Below, in pieces: positions 1-12,220 of a stretch of DNA of 64,000 nucleotides; the stretch's first letter is position 1, and each line of letters starts with the position of its first letter. The translations under genes and the position numbers were made by a program. A model generated the notes under the pieces. It had not been told where the DNA came from. It searched no databases and saw only the letters and a list, made by a program, of their open reading frames with translations. This DNA comes from Cystobasidiomycetes sp. EMM_F5 (Eukaryota): positions 124,001 to 188,000 of the forward strand of contig JBPGPT010000022.1 in the NCBI GenBank assembly GCA_051047955.1, in the 5' to 3' direction.

Positions 1-921
1 CTGACGGCCATGCTGGTATTTGTCATTTTGATGCTGGCAGCCGAGAGTACGTCTCTTACCCTAAATTGTGTGCTTGTACGTTTGACTGACTAGCAAACAC
101 TATAGAACACCGAGCCACTTATCTTGCTCCGGTTGGTATCGGTCTTACCCTGTTTGTATGCCAAATGTTCGGCACGCTATGGACAGGTTGCGGAATGAAT
201 CCTGCTCGTTCATTTGGCCCATCAGTCGTTGCTGGTTCCTTCCCAGGGTGCGTCAGGCGTATGTCGCTGTTCTTGCGCGTTTGTTAACAAAGCGCTACCC
301 ATTCTGCAGATATCACTGGATTTACTGTGAGCTTAGGCGGATTGCCTCTTGCATGGAGCAGTGCTGACGATATTGTACAACGCAGGGGTCGGACCGTTGA
401 TTGGATCGCTCATATCCACTGCTATTTACTCACTCCTCAAGCTATTTGACTACACTTCCGTCGTACTCGGCCAAGATAGTGACGATGCTGCCAAGGCTCC
501 TCCTATTCCAGTATTCGAGAAGGTTTGGCACGCTGGTATGGGCTACACTCGCGATCAACGCACAGCAATGCTCAGCTCAGGCATGCGCCCGGCGGACATC
601 GAGCGAAACGAAGCTTCTATGGTGGCCACTGCCGGCACAGCTCAAATGACGCAGAAGAATGGCAATGCCAATGGCGGTCATTATATCCCAGCAGACGCGT
701 TCGTGTCTGGCAGACCCAAGCACACTACCAGAGTGTCTGGTCGCAGAAATAATTCGGACGCGAATGGACGAATGACGACTGGAAATGTCGAGAGAGCTCC
801 ATCGCCAGATCCACCACTCATGCACTCTGGCCAACAAGAAGTCGGTGGTCTAGGCGCTCCTGGCAAGCACGGCTCCGGTATCACCAATTCTTCCTATGTG
901 AAGAAGGTTCTCCATACTTGA
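1..921 (+). CDS. Aquaporin (MIP family), 3' part with long hydrophilic C-terminal tail; 5' end lies outside the window
   Basis: Splicing three short introns (first at 47..105) gives LTAMLVFVILMLAAEKHRATYLAPVGIGLTLFVCQMFGTLWTGCGMNPARSFGPSVVAGSFPGYHWIYWVGPLIGS. This contains the second NPA box and the HWIYWVGP motif of aquaporins. Stop TGA ends at 921. Confidence 0.92.
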
Positions 922-1308
922 TTGCCAGTCACCTAGACATCTGATGAGAAGCCTAATCACGCAAGCAAAACTGCTCGACCGACACGAACATCATACCCAT
1001 TGATACTATTAGCATTATAATCGATTGACATATACACGTCGCATCATACATTTTCATTATCTAATTTGTATTGCATACTGTTAGCGTGTTGTGTTTTGCG
1101 TCGCGGAAGATACAGGGTTGCTGCCCTTGCATACCTTTGTGACCTCCACGATTTCGTTGTCTATGTTCTTTGTGGCGTGGATCGTCAAATTGCCGCATTA
1201 CCCGGTCACGACAATGACGCGCTGCAAGAACCGCGATGCGCACAACCAAGCGTGGGAAACTTCTTGAGCTTGTACTTGTGCACAACCCAGCATAATCACT
1301 TAGGAGTC

Positions 1309-1992
1309 ATGCCCTCAGACAAAGAAATCATTGCTCAGAATGTAAGAGAAGGATTCATTTTGAGGCGCAAGATGTATATTCTGACGTTATAGACTAGGCG
1401 CAGGAGCTTGAGAACAAGTCGCGATGGGATAGACCGGAGAAGTTCTCGGACCGCGACACGGCAATGTCGGATGAGAGTGGGATTAGCGACAGTCGGGTAG
1501 CTAGCTCGTTTGAAGGCGCGACCTTCTCGACTGGCCGTACTGGACAGACGGGCGGTGGGGAGAATCCGGTGCGTCCGGGTCCTGTCCGCCTTTGCATGTC
1601 ATGGTGCTGCTGACATTGTCTACTTTAACAAACAGCAACTCATCCCGCCCGAGGAAGGTGGAGAGGGCAGATCTGGAACGTCTTCCGCGATCTACGAAGA
1701 TGCAAGAGGGTGAGCTCATCTTGACTCTCTCCTACTTCACTCAGCCGGATCACTGACGATATTCCGTGTTCCGATAGCGGAAAGGAGGATATCAAAGCCG
1801 ACATTGCTCGGAATGACCCATCAGTCAATCGTCAAGGCGACAATGTGAGAAGAGAAGGTGGTGTCCCTGGAGCTAGACCTCCTCAGGAACTGACAGATGT
1901 AAGCGAGCGTGCGTCTTTCCTAACGAGGACGTCGACGTTGAGATTACAAACAATCTCCGCAGGATCAGCTGGAAGGAGCTCGTTCCGGTTAG
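1309..1992 (+). CDS. Small hydrophilic uncharacterised fungal protein (5 exons)
   Basis: Four canonical introns join MPSDKEIIAQN / AQELENK...ESGISDSRVASSFEGATFSTGRTGQTGGGENP / QLIPPEEGGEGRSG... / GKEDIKAD...PPQELTD / DQLEGARSG*. The frame is kept across all junctions. Confidence 0.65.
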
Positions 1993-3680
1993 GATACGCC
2001 GCGGACCTTGAAAATGGGAAGGAATTGCCGGTAGCGTTACTCTCAGAAACAAAAGGATTAAATGTGCGTCATAGCCTAACGAGACCATTAATGTAAAATT
2101 TTATCGCATCAGTCCACACACATTCATCAACGACACAACCGCGCGGATGTTTAGCTTGATGCACCTTCAGTTTACTTTTGCATCCTTGCCCGAAAACACG
2201 ATATTTTGACCGGAGGGGCAGTGACTTAGCCCATTTTATCTGGGTATGATCAAAGAAGTCACGCAAGAAAGACGTAGCCGCGATATCACTGATACCAAGG
2301 GCAGTATGATTTGCATTGTAGTCGATGAGCATCATGAGGTCCAAAGCTCAAGGATAGTGCACCACAAATTCCCTCCTACGCTTCCGTGTCGATTGTACAT
2401 CCACGACTCTGTCCGCTGCCGTCCTGCTGACCTGTTTGCGTTGTTCCCAATGCAGTATAGTCACCATTGACAGGTGTGCAGATGTCGCTCGCTGAGCATC
2501 TTCACTTGGGTGTAGTCGAGAATTGCTAGATCGCGACACAGCAAAAGAAGCGACTTTGTGTCAGCGAGAAACTGTTTGCCTATTCGCGCAAGGCTGGCAT
2601 GACTCACGGGTTCACCAGCCCGTTCAGCTTTCTTTCCCACTTTACTTGCTACGGGCTCGCATCTGGCGGCGCTTTCGCTTGAGTCGGCGCTAGTAGGTGA
2701 AACAGGTCAGTATCATTGGAAGGGTGTTGCTGTATTGGCGAAACTTTACCGTTCGCTTCTTCTTCCACTTCTCTCGCCTTATGCAATAGAAAAGGATAAA
2801 TTGTCGCGTGAGTACAGTACATGTCGGGCAACTCCACATTGCCTGCTTACATCTTGGCCTGTGACAATAGTCAGCTCAGAGGCCTAATAAACGCCTGGAG
2901 GACATCAAACTCACAAGTGATTATCTGGCTGGTAGCCTGACTGTCTTGTGAGATGCGAATGGGTTGGATGGAACGGATACCCCTGCAGATTGAGTGGCCG
3001 GGGCGGGGACCTCTCGATTGTGATCGGGAAAAATCTCAGGAGCGTGGACAACCCCAGCTGGGTGCCTGTTTCTTTCAAACGCAAACCATACCCATGCGGT
3101 TGTAGTGTGTTTTGCGATTAACAAGCTCATCGTCCTTTCCCGTCCTTCTCTACAGCATTAATGCGCTGAAAGATCCCCGCTTGGCTAACCCTGATCTATT
3201 GTACACGCTGACAGCAAATACGTTCTGACTGGAATTTTGACACGGCAGTCTCATACACTGCTCGGTATCAGCGTCGATTCTTGCCTTGTCAAGGCCAGGC
3301 AGGGACAAATGGGATTTCCTTACATTGTTGTGCAGTAAACGAAATCATGCACATACGATCTCGCAGGAATGCCCTCAGCAGACCATTGTCTCAGAGGTAA
3401 AGGTGGATGCTGCACATCCATACGGCCATCGATCTCGACAAAGGCCACGAAGCTGCAAGCTCTGGGTTTCAAGGGAGATTTGGATATTGAAAAGCACTCG
3501 ACGGCGTACGGCGAGGTGAAGGGTCATTCCCGGCCCCGGATGCTAAGCACATGGTGTATGTACTAGCTTGCTTCAACGTTGTTCTGGCTTCTTCGCGGCC
3601 CAGCCCCGCCTTGTCACGTTGTATCGACAAACGCGTTGTTGTGTTTGTGATATGATGTACTAGCCTGCGCCCAACCCACC

Positions 3681-4983
3681 ATGAGCACTCCGCTGCTCGT
3701 AGACTTGCACGTCAAGTACATACAGAGCCTGGACACGAAGCGCGATGAGCTGGCGTACTATCTGACCGAACACCTGCGCATGAATGGCATATACTGGGGA
3801 CTGACGGCACTGGCGCTGATGGGGCGGCAGGACGCGCTCGACAGGCAGGAGATGGTAGACTGGGTCATGTCGTGCTGGGACGAAGAGTCGGGTGGGTATG
3901 CGTTTGTTTGAATGGCAATGTGAGCTGGCGACTGAATATCATCATAATATTATATTTTCAACCAATTGGCAGGCGGATTTGCTCCGCATCCAGGTCACGA
4001 TCCCCATCTCCATCCTACGCTCAGCGCAGTCCAGATACTCCTCATGCAGGGCGCTATGGATTTGCTCAACGTCGACAAGATTGTTGCGTGTGCGTGTGGA
4101 AGGCCACTAATTGGATTGGAGATGGAAATGTAGCGGTACTGACAAGACCTCCCTCCTACACGCAGTCATTCTATCACTAAGAGATCCCGAAACAGGCGCA
4201 TTTGCGGGGGACGAGTGGGGAGAAATCGATACGCGGTTTGCATACTGTGCAGTCGCATGTCTGGCCTTGCTAGGCAGACTGGACAAACTAGATGCAGACA
4301 AGACTGTCGAATGGCTATCCCGATGCAAGAACTTTGATGGCGGATTCGGCATGGTGGAAGGCGCGGAGAGTCACGCTGCACAGGGTAAAGTGACAATATC
4401 GACTATTGAGAACGGAGATGGACACACTGACATACAATCATACTCTGACAGTGTGGACGTCTCTCGGTGCACTCTCAATCCTAGGCAGGCTCGACATTGT
4501 TGATAAAGACACGCTGTGCTGGTGGTTGTGCGAACGTCAATTACCGAATGGCGGCCTGAATGGTAGACCGGAAAAGCTGGAAGATGTAGGCTTCTATCGC
4601 TTCTCATTCTGCGCACGGAATGTTATGCTCATTCATCTACTCGCAAAATAGGTTTGCTACTCTTGGTGGGTGTTCGCGTCCCTGGAGATATTGGGCAAGG
4701 CGGACTGGATAGATCAAGACAAGCTTCGAGAATTCATCCTCAGTTGTCAAGACACAGAGAAGGGAGGGATTGCCGATAGACCAGAAGATGTGGCTGATGT
4801 TTGGCATACGGTCTTTGGCCTCACAGGTGCGCTGCCACTCGATGCGCTTCGCAGCAGTATCCCGTTTGATGCGTTTTCGACGCAGGCTTGTCACTGATGC
4901 ACTATCCTGGACTCGAGATGGTCGACCCCGTCTACTGTTTGCCAGCCAAATACACGAAAGGAATACAGATCCGCCAATCATAG
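3681..4983 (+). CDS. BET2: Rab geranylgeranyltransferase (GGTase-II) beta subunit
   Basis: Spliced exons contain [77 protein letters not shown] and [19 protein letters not shown]; stop TAG at 4981-4983. Confidence 0.95.
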
Positions 4984-5183
4984 TCTGTCCGGCTTCAATG
5001 CGAGCTCGTCTTGGACATTTGCTGCAGGATAGGCAGACAGTCAACGGCTACGTCGCCCATTCCTCGCGGGGTCGCTGCATTTGATCAACATTGCTTGGAC
5101 TTTCGCGTTTTATAGTGGATCGATACGCGATGTATGCAACGGTCACAACAACAAGTGTGGCACCGTCCAGTGCTATGTCTGCT

Positions 5184-7946
5184 TCAAGATGAGAACAACG
5201 CGCGAATAGATGCACCCGTTCGCACCGTGGGAGCATTACCGGCTACATTCACGCTATCGGCCGCATCTGTCGAAACAGTCATCCCTGCAGCGACGCGCGC
5301 CTCCTGTTCTCTACTGATAGCCGAAGTACCGATACGTTTCACTGCTGGCCATATATCTGGATATTCTGCCTGCACGCGATCCCGCAGTGCCTGAAAGGCG
5401 GCCGGATGTGCCTGATGTCTGGCGAACTTTAGCAGCACTTCAACGACTTGAGCATCGACAGGAATGCCATCAATATCACCGGCCTGACTGAAGACAGCAT
5501 TCTCTGCCTCGTCTAATCTTCCAACTCTGCAGAGTGCCTCGACATAGCTTTGCAGATTCTTGGTATTTAGGCGAAAATTTACCTTCTTCAAGTTACTCCA
5601 TAGACTCGCTACTGAGATTGACTGCCTAGAAAGACCCATCACGTCTAGTGCGATACTCACGGAAATGTTATTGAATTTGAAACGGTTGAGCACGATTGTC
5701 CGCCATACGCCTCGTGCAGACTCGATATCGCCCGTGCGGCAGTATGCAAACATGAGACGATTCATGAGACCAATGTCGGGATCAATGAAATGGTCCATCT
5801 TGATGCGATCGTGTATTTGACGTACAATTTCGGCGCCGGCGCCGCTGTGAGCAGACCCTTCTCGAGCATAGTAATGAAGCACCGAGGAGTATATGAGACA
5901 AGTAGGGTGCAGACCGGCTTTTTGCATATCCTCAAAGAAAGCCAAGTAGACAGATAGAGGACAAAACGATGCCCTGGCTGCTTTGCCGGAACCTGGCTTT
6001 CTAGGTGCTTCATTCGGCTGAGCAAAGTCGAGACTGGCGAAGGTGTAGATGATATCGGAAAAGTCCTTCTCATTAAAAATCTCGTTTGCGTCAAGTGCCA
6101 AAGTCCACGCATATATCTTGAAGGCATCGGTGTGGTTCTTTGCAATATTCCGCATTAAGCGGATTACGAGCTGGGCGGCGCTGAATGCGTCGGCAGGCGG
6201 AGTGCTTGACCCGGCTACAACGCCAGGACGTGCACTCTGCCGCACCTCAGCTGTACTACCCTCAGCAAGTAGGAGCGACGTCGAAGTGGTGCTGTTCGTA
6301 TAATCAAAGCAAAGACCGCAATGTCGCATATCGTCAAGTAATGAGATTGTCCAAGCTACATCGGCCACATCAGGCCTAGCGCAGTACGATAGTAAGTCCG
6401 CGTATAGCCCCATGTCGTGTATGCCGTTGGGGGAACGAAACCGCTCGCTGTCCGTCTCAACGAGCTTCTTGTATGCGTCTCGGACGATCTTGTACTGCTC
6501 CGGTTGTCCATTTGCCAAATTAGCCAGACGTCGGATCATTATCGAAGTGGTAGACAAGCCGTCCCGAGTCGCATTCGTATATAGCGCCTCCGCTTGTTCG
6601 AAAAACTCGGACCTCGTTATCGCTGCATCGATCACGCTTTCGTCACACAAAGCGCCCGTAGCCTGCTCGCAATGAGACAGTACGTTGATGATTTGTGAGG
6701 ATGAAATGACGCCTGTGCTAATCTGACCATGGGTAGGGAAGAAAGAATCGAGGAGAACAGGTATCGTACTTGAATCTAGCTCAGCTCCTCTCGCTCGAGC
6801 ATCTTTGACAATCTTGAGAAGATTTTCAAACGATCCGGTTGCTCCAATGTAGCGAAAGATTGCGTTCCAAGCGTCAACTGGCAAGACTCGACCGTTTTCG
6901 ACTAGCTGGTCAAATTCCGCTTTGACGCTCTTTGCTTCAGCTGAGGCTTCATTGTTGTACAGACTGGGAACAAGGCTTGCAAGGATGTCGGAAAGCACGT
7001 TGATATGCTCAATTTCCGATACACCCTTGAGCATTTGCCGCAAGCGAGCCAAAACCTCTCGAAAATCCGTCTGTAGAGGCGCGCCGAGAAGCGAAGTCAT
7101 CAAGAAACGCACTGTGCGCATATCCGAACACTGCTCCTCTGACATTCGACCAGACATTGTCTTGTCGAGCTGGCTGTAAGATAGGCAAGCTTTCGGACGT
7201 GTCTGCCTGGCGCGATAAAACAGTAAACAGTCCTCTGTACGTGGACGCGGTGGCCTCATTTGTAGTGTCTTCACCAAGGTGACCATTCGACTGATGGACG
7301 CAGGCTTAGACGTGGCGAAAGATGCCAGCTTGCCCACATCGCCCGTTTCCATGTATCGGAGCCAGGCGTCCGCAAATGCGAAATAGGCCTTCTCGCATAG
7401 AGCTAAGAGAAAGATGCGGTGGTCCTCCGCAGACCATTCGTAGCCAAACACGCTTGCCATGTCGTGAAATATAGACATGAGGAGCTTAAAATCGGCATGG
7501 ACGTATGCAGACTTGCTGAGCAGCTGCAGCGATTCGGAGAGTAAGCTGGCGGGTAAAACCTGCTTTGCAGTACCGATACCATCAGGATTTGTCTTTAGCT
7601 CCTGCGATAATTTGGAAAAGGCGGTGGCGAGGCTGTCTGGATCTTCTTCCTCTATGGCAATCCGAAAGTCTTGCGCATACTTTTGAAATGAAGTGCCTCT
7701 GTTGGAGATGCCAAACAGAGGAAGGAAGCGGCTACGGCTGCTCGATGAAAATGTTCGGCGCGGTTCTTGGGATAGTAAGCTGAATTGACGTCGTGACGTG
7801 CTGGCAACTGGAGTGACTGTGGTAGCGCATTGAACGCAGTGGTAAGAATGCTGATATGTCGGCGGAATTGCATACGACTGGCTTGTGTCTTTTGCAGCAA
7901 TTTGTCGCAAAAACGCAACGGCGTCGCTGCGACTTTTTCGGAGCAT
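5184..7946 (-). CDS. Pentatricopeptide-repeat (PPR) protein, probably mitochondrial
   Basis: 920-aa ORF with an Arg/Ser-rich N-terminus (RRQFS, RRTFSSSSRSRF) and C-terminal PPR motifs (PTCLIYSSVLHYY, PDIGLMNRLMFAYCRTGDIESA, NLQSYVEALCRVGRLDEA). Confidence 0.8.
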   Translation of the reverse strand: MLRKSRSDAVAFLRQIAAKDTSQSYAIPPTYQHSYHCVQCATTVTPVASTSRRQFSLLSQEPRRTFSSSSRSRFLPLFGISNRGTSFQKYAQDFRIAIEEEDPDSLATAFSKLSQELKTNPDGIGTAKQVLPASLLSESLQLLSKSAYVHADFKLLMSIFHDMASVFGYEWSAEDHRIFLLALCEKAYFAFADAWLRYMETGDVGKLASFATSKPASISRMVTLVKTLQMRPPRPRTEDCLLFYRARQTRPKACLSYSQLDKTMSGRMSEEQCSDMRTVRFLMTSLLGAPLQTDFREVLARLRQMLKGVSEIEHINVLSDILASLVPSLYNNEASAEAKSVKAEFDQLVENGRVLPVDAWNAIFRYIGATGSFENLLKIVKDARARGAELDSSTIPVLLDSFFPTHGQISTGVISSSQIINVLSHCEQATGALCDESVIDAAITRSEFFEQAEALYTNATRDGLSTTSIMIRRLANLANGQPEQYKIVRDAYKKLVETDSERFRSPNGIHDMGLYADLLSYCARPDVADVAWTISLLDDMRHCGLCFDYTNSTTSTSLLLAEGSTAEVRQSARPGVVAGSSTPPADAFSAAQLVIRLMRNIAKNHTDAFKIYAWTLALDANEIFNEKDFSDIIYTFASLDFAQPNEAPRKPGSGKAARASFCPLSVYLAFFEDMQKAGLHPTCLIYSSVLHYYAREGSAHSGAGAEIVRQIHDRIKMDHFIDPDIGLMNRLMFAYCRTGDIESARGVWRTIVLNRFKFNNISVSIALDVMGLSRQSISVASLWSNLKKVNFRLNTKNLQSYVEALCRVGRLDEAENAVFSQAGDIDGIPVDAQVVEVLLKFARHQAHPAAFQALRDRVQAEYPDIWPAVKRIGTSAISREQEARVAAGMTVSTDAADSVNVAGNAPTVRTGASIRALFSS

Positions 7947-8335
7947 CGGAGCAGAGCAGCCTTATTGCGACTGGATGTAGGTTTATAGGAAGAAGATTAC
8001 CGAGCTGCGATACTGCGGATCATCGGATAATTCGAACAGAGGCTCCTGCCGACAATATATTGATTCTGCGAGGTAAAAGGGCTTTCGCGGCAATGAGTCG
8101 AAGGGGAAAGACGGAGCAGCTGCAGGAGCAGTATTCCGAGAGACAGAGTTATTCAGATGCCAGGTTGTAAGCTGCAGAAGCTGCAAAGTAAAGCCACTAC
8201 CCGATCAGTGAATGAATGATGGCGGACCTGTTCAGACCAACGTGACTCCTTCCCGACGCACAGACTACGAAACAATACCGCTGCGACTGCTTCTCAATCT
8301 CTGAATCGCATTTTCTGTGCTGCTCGAAACCAGCC

Positions 8336-8831
8336 ATGGATTCGGTCAAGGACATTGCAGACATTCCCCAGAAGTTTGTAAAGGAAGGGACGCAGGTCAG
8401 TGGACAATAGCAGGCTTAAGACGGCTTCGCAGCCTTGAACGATACTCACACCGTTATCGTATTCGCAGTTTGTGAATCGGTGTGTCAAGCCCGACAAGAC
8501 AGGTGCGGTTACAGACATGGGCAGACACATTTGCACGACAATGCACAAGACACAACGCTGAGCAGGGTTGTGCATTTACTAAACGCCAACAGAGTATATC
8601 GCCATTTGCAAGGCAGTCGCGCTGGGCTTTGCAGTCATGGGCTTTATCGGATACTTTGTCAAGCTGGTCAGTCGCAAGGCCGCCTGACACCGCGTCGAAA
8701 GGGATTCTAACGCTTTCTCTTCTGCTTCAACAGATACACATCCCGATAAACAATGTATGCCCGACAACGCTCGACCAGTCCAAGTCTTGCTCACCGCGTC
8801 TTCTCTGCAGATTCTCGTCGGAGGTGTTTGA
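8336..8831 (+). CDS. SSS1: Sec61 translocon gamma subunit (5 small exons)
   Basis: Spliced product MDSVKDIADIPQKFVKEGTQ/FVNRCVKPDKTE/YIAICKAVALGFAVMGFIGYFVKL/IHIPINN/ILVGGV*. Not seen as one ORF in the track because of the introns. Confidence 0.95.
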
Positions 8832-8986
8832 TATTGCAGACGTGGTTTGCGCAACGTGTACACTAGGTGGTAGCGGTAGTTGGCAGGATGGAAATGAATG
8901 CACGCATTGAAAGAAAGGATACGACTGTGCCCGCCAGTCTCGCTTTTAATTACTGCTTGCCATTGTACCATCAACTGCTGATACAA

Positions 8987-11679
8987 ATGGGCCTGTTGAG
9001 GTCGCCAGTCGCGGCACCTGCGACACCCAAGCTGTCCAGGGACGTCACCGAAGACCTGTTTGATGTGACGCTGCCCGCCGTAGCCGTCACACCGCGTCGA
9101 GCTGCATCTGTGACGGCAGCAGCTCAGACGCCCAATCCAGCTGGCGACAATGGCATCAATGCTGCTGCCTCGTACGCGCTCCATCTGCGGATCCAGGACA
9201 GTCTCCAGCACGTCGCCGCGTCGCCGTCGTCAAAGATGAATGCCCCAGCTCCGTTTGCGAGCAGCAACAAGATGTTGCGGAGCCCGCCAGCTGGTAGACA
9301 ACGTGATGTTATGGCTTTGAACACAGATGCGACGGTAGCGCACGATCAAGCAGTCAATGCCATCCTTCAGGATGCTCTTGCGGATGCTCCCGGTCTCGCT
9401 TCAGCTGCACCTATCATTCAGACCATGGACGCGCTCGCAAGCAGAGACAATGTCGCCCCGATGGCAAATGTAAATGGCTTACAGCCGGATGGACGGTCAC
9501 TTACCTTTCCTCCTTCTCCAACCATAAGCGTGGTGCGGGAAGCGTCGAGTCTTCTCCCCGCTGCTGTTACAAGAGAAGCACCTCGGCAACCACCCCTGCA
9601 GGCCCGCACTTCTCCAACCGCAACAGCGCAAAAGCATCGACAAGTCATTGATGGTCTTGAGAATCGACTACGAGACGCCGAGACCCGCTACCGCCTGAGT
9701 GATGCGGCCAAACAGGCGCTAGAGAGACAGCTCGACGAGCTGACTGTCGCGTACAATGCGCAGACTGCAGAAGCTCAGCTACAGGCTACGCGACTGGACG
9801 AAGTTCAAGACTTTCTCAACCAAGCGGAAGATATAATCAACCAGCACGATGTGCTCTCAGCAAGTAATGCGGAATTGCAGGAACAACGCGTAGCGGATCT
9901 AGCAGAGATTGCCTTGCTTCAACAGCAGCGAAAGGCTGGCAAGTGTAAAGAGAGAAAGCTCAGGAACGAGCTCGCTTGCCGCAGGCAGGAGGAGATCTGG
10001 AAAGAACTGAGCGTAGATCAGGTCAAGGATGGCAAGATGCGCATGGAGCTGCTGGGCTTGCAAGCGGATATTGTAGAGCTGGAGAGAGCTTTGGCGGTAA
10101 TGAAGGCAGATCGAGACTGCTCCAAGGTGTGTTTTCGGAAATGATAAGTAGGTTATGCGAGGACACGGCTAAAGCAGCTTACAGTACATTTTGCAGGCAT
10201 TGCGTCTCGATGTCAAGGCGGCCAATGCGGAGCAAGACAAGCTTTTGGATAAATACCGAAGGCTAAAGCAAGCCAAGGAGGAAGCACAGGCCGACTCTGA
10301 TGATGCCCTGAAACAGCAAGAGCGGAAGCACATTGCTGCACAAGCGGAGTTGCGTGAACTTCAAAAAACATTGCAAGGAGACATTGTCAATTATCAACAC
10401 GAAAATCGTGATCTGCATCAACAGATAGGGAGGTTGAGGCAGCAGATGCAAGAAATGGCAGACAACCACTCCCACAACGATGCAGAAATGGAGCTAGAAG
10501 AAGCGCAAACAAAGGTTGCCCGGCTGGAGAAGCAAGTAGCGAAATTGGAAAAGGGTAAGGACAAGCTACAAGTCGAAAACGAGCGTCTTCAGGTACGAAT
10601 GATGTTTATCGTAACGCTCATTACTCGAGCTGAACAAATTGCATCAGGCATCGCTTGACGCACAGACCGGAGCTCTGGCTCGTAGTATTGAAAGTGAGAA
10701 AGCTTTGCGAAAAGAAAGAGAAGCGGAAGCTTTGGAGGAGGAACGCCGGCATCGAGAGGCGGCGGAAATGCAGGAGCGAGCTCAACGCGCCTTTGCAAGT
10801 ACTAGCAAGAGTATACCCAAAACCTCGGTTCCGGATAGTCCAAAGGCGAAGAAACGCAAAAAGGCCATGGTCGCACGCGCTGCGAATAATGAGGGGGACG
10901 AAGAGGAGCCGCAAGGCCTCCGCAATTCCGCCCTTCGTGGAGACACCCCACCGGTACTAGTGACAGCAAAGATTAAACCAGACTACCGTCCGGCGGTTGT
11001 CCAGCCTTCTAAGCGAAAGACTCGTGAAGCAGATGCGACTGATGAATCTGGAATGGAAGCCGAGCAAGCAGAGAGTAGGGGTAAGCCAAAGAAGAAAAGC
11101 AAAGTCGACCAGGCTGCGAGTGGGGCATCTCCGTCCAAAGCCCGCAAGAAGAGCCGGAGGGAAGCCATTGACATCGTCTCTGATGTCGAGGCAGATGGGC
11201 ATAACGTCCATGAAGGTCATCAGGACGAAGTAATGCATGTCGAGGAATCGCAAGCGAGGAAAGGCAAAAAGAAGGCCACAACAGCGAAAGCTAGCAAGAA
11301 AGCCAGCAAGACTGTTGAAGTCGACATCGAAGTCGACGATGAGCAGTCCGATTCTCCACCGCCAACCAAGATTGCACGGTCCTTTTCGTCGACTGGTGCT
11401 ATGCCCGGTACTTCTGCACACCCGAATAAGACTGAAAAAAGTGCACAATCACCAAAGGCGACCAAAGCGGACACGAGCAGCAAGAAGGTCGTCTTGCACA
11501 AAGGGTCAAAAGCCTTCGCTTGGCCCGGATTATCGGCAACAGGAGGCAATCAGGCACGTCAAATAACAATTTCCATCGCTTCGAAGCGGTTCTAATTGAG
11601 TTTGCTCTGTCCTCAGAAGCAGCCGTCACGTAGCGGTATTCTAGGTCTTCCAGACGTGTTGTCGCCAATCAAACAATAG
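8987..11679 (+). CDS. Large coiled-coil protein with Lys-rich, disordered C-terminus
   Basis: ORFs 8867..10144, 10191..10658 and 10639..11595 are joined by introns. The middle is heptad-rich. Last exon KQPSRSGILGLPDVLSPIKQ* follows a GC-AG intron at 11554..11616. Start ATG 8987 is inferred. Confidence 0.7.
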
Positions 11680-12220
11680 GCATGCTGAACCGGGAGCCTG
11701 TCTCACAACTTAGTCTAATCGCACTCCGGCAAGCGATACGTAGGAACTGCGGTAACGCGGAAGTGCTGAATCGCTATACTGTCAAACAACTCCCAATCGA
11801 GGCCGTGACGAGGACACTGGCTATCAATGAGAGCAGGTCACTGAGCATCTAATTCCGTTGACATAGTCTGTATGTAAATTTTGCAGTACGAGCAAGGCTA
11901 AATGTTATAACAGTATTATATGGCTAAGTATGTATATGATGTAGATCAGTCGAAATGGTCAAGCAAATTCGCTGACCGGAGAATGTGGTGAAAAGGCACT
12001 CGAAAGGGTGGAACAAATGCGACGGCAAGTATACTGTGCTATGAGCGGCACGTTGGACGCAGCCCACACGGTCAGGTTTTGTTTGTGATCCTGGCCGTGC
12101 TGACAAGGACGGAGATTGTGGCGAATGCTTGCAGAGTACTGTACGTGGGGTATAATGGTAGGAGAAGATGATTGTCCGTCGAAAAGCGACGCTCTGGGGT
12201 TGGTCGGGGCAGATCCAGCC

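Noticed and set aside
2069..2539. Two minus-strand ORFs in the same frame separated by a single TGA (possible selenocysteine or readthrough)
   Set aside because: No recognisable domain, no Cys/Sec redox context and no SECIS-like element seen; chance adjacency is more likely.
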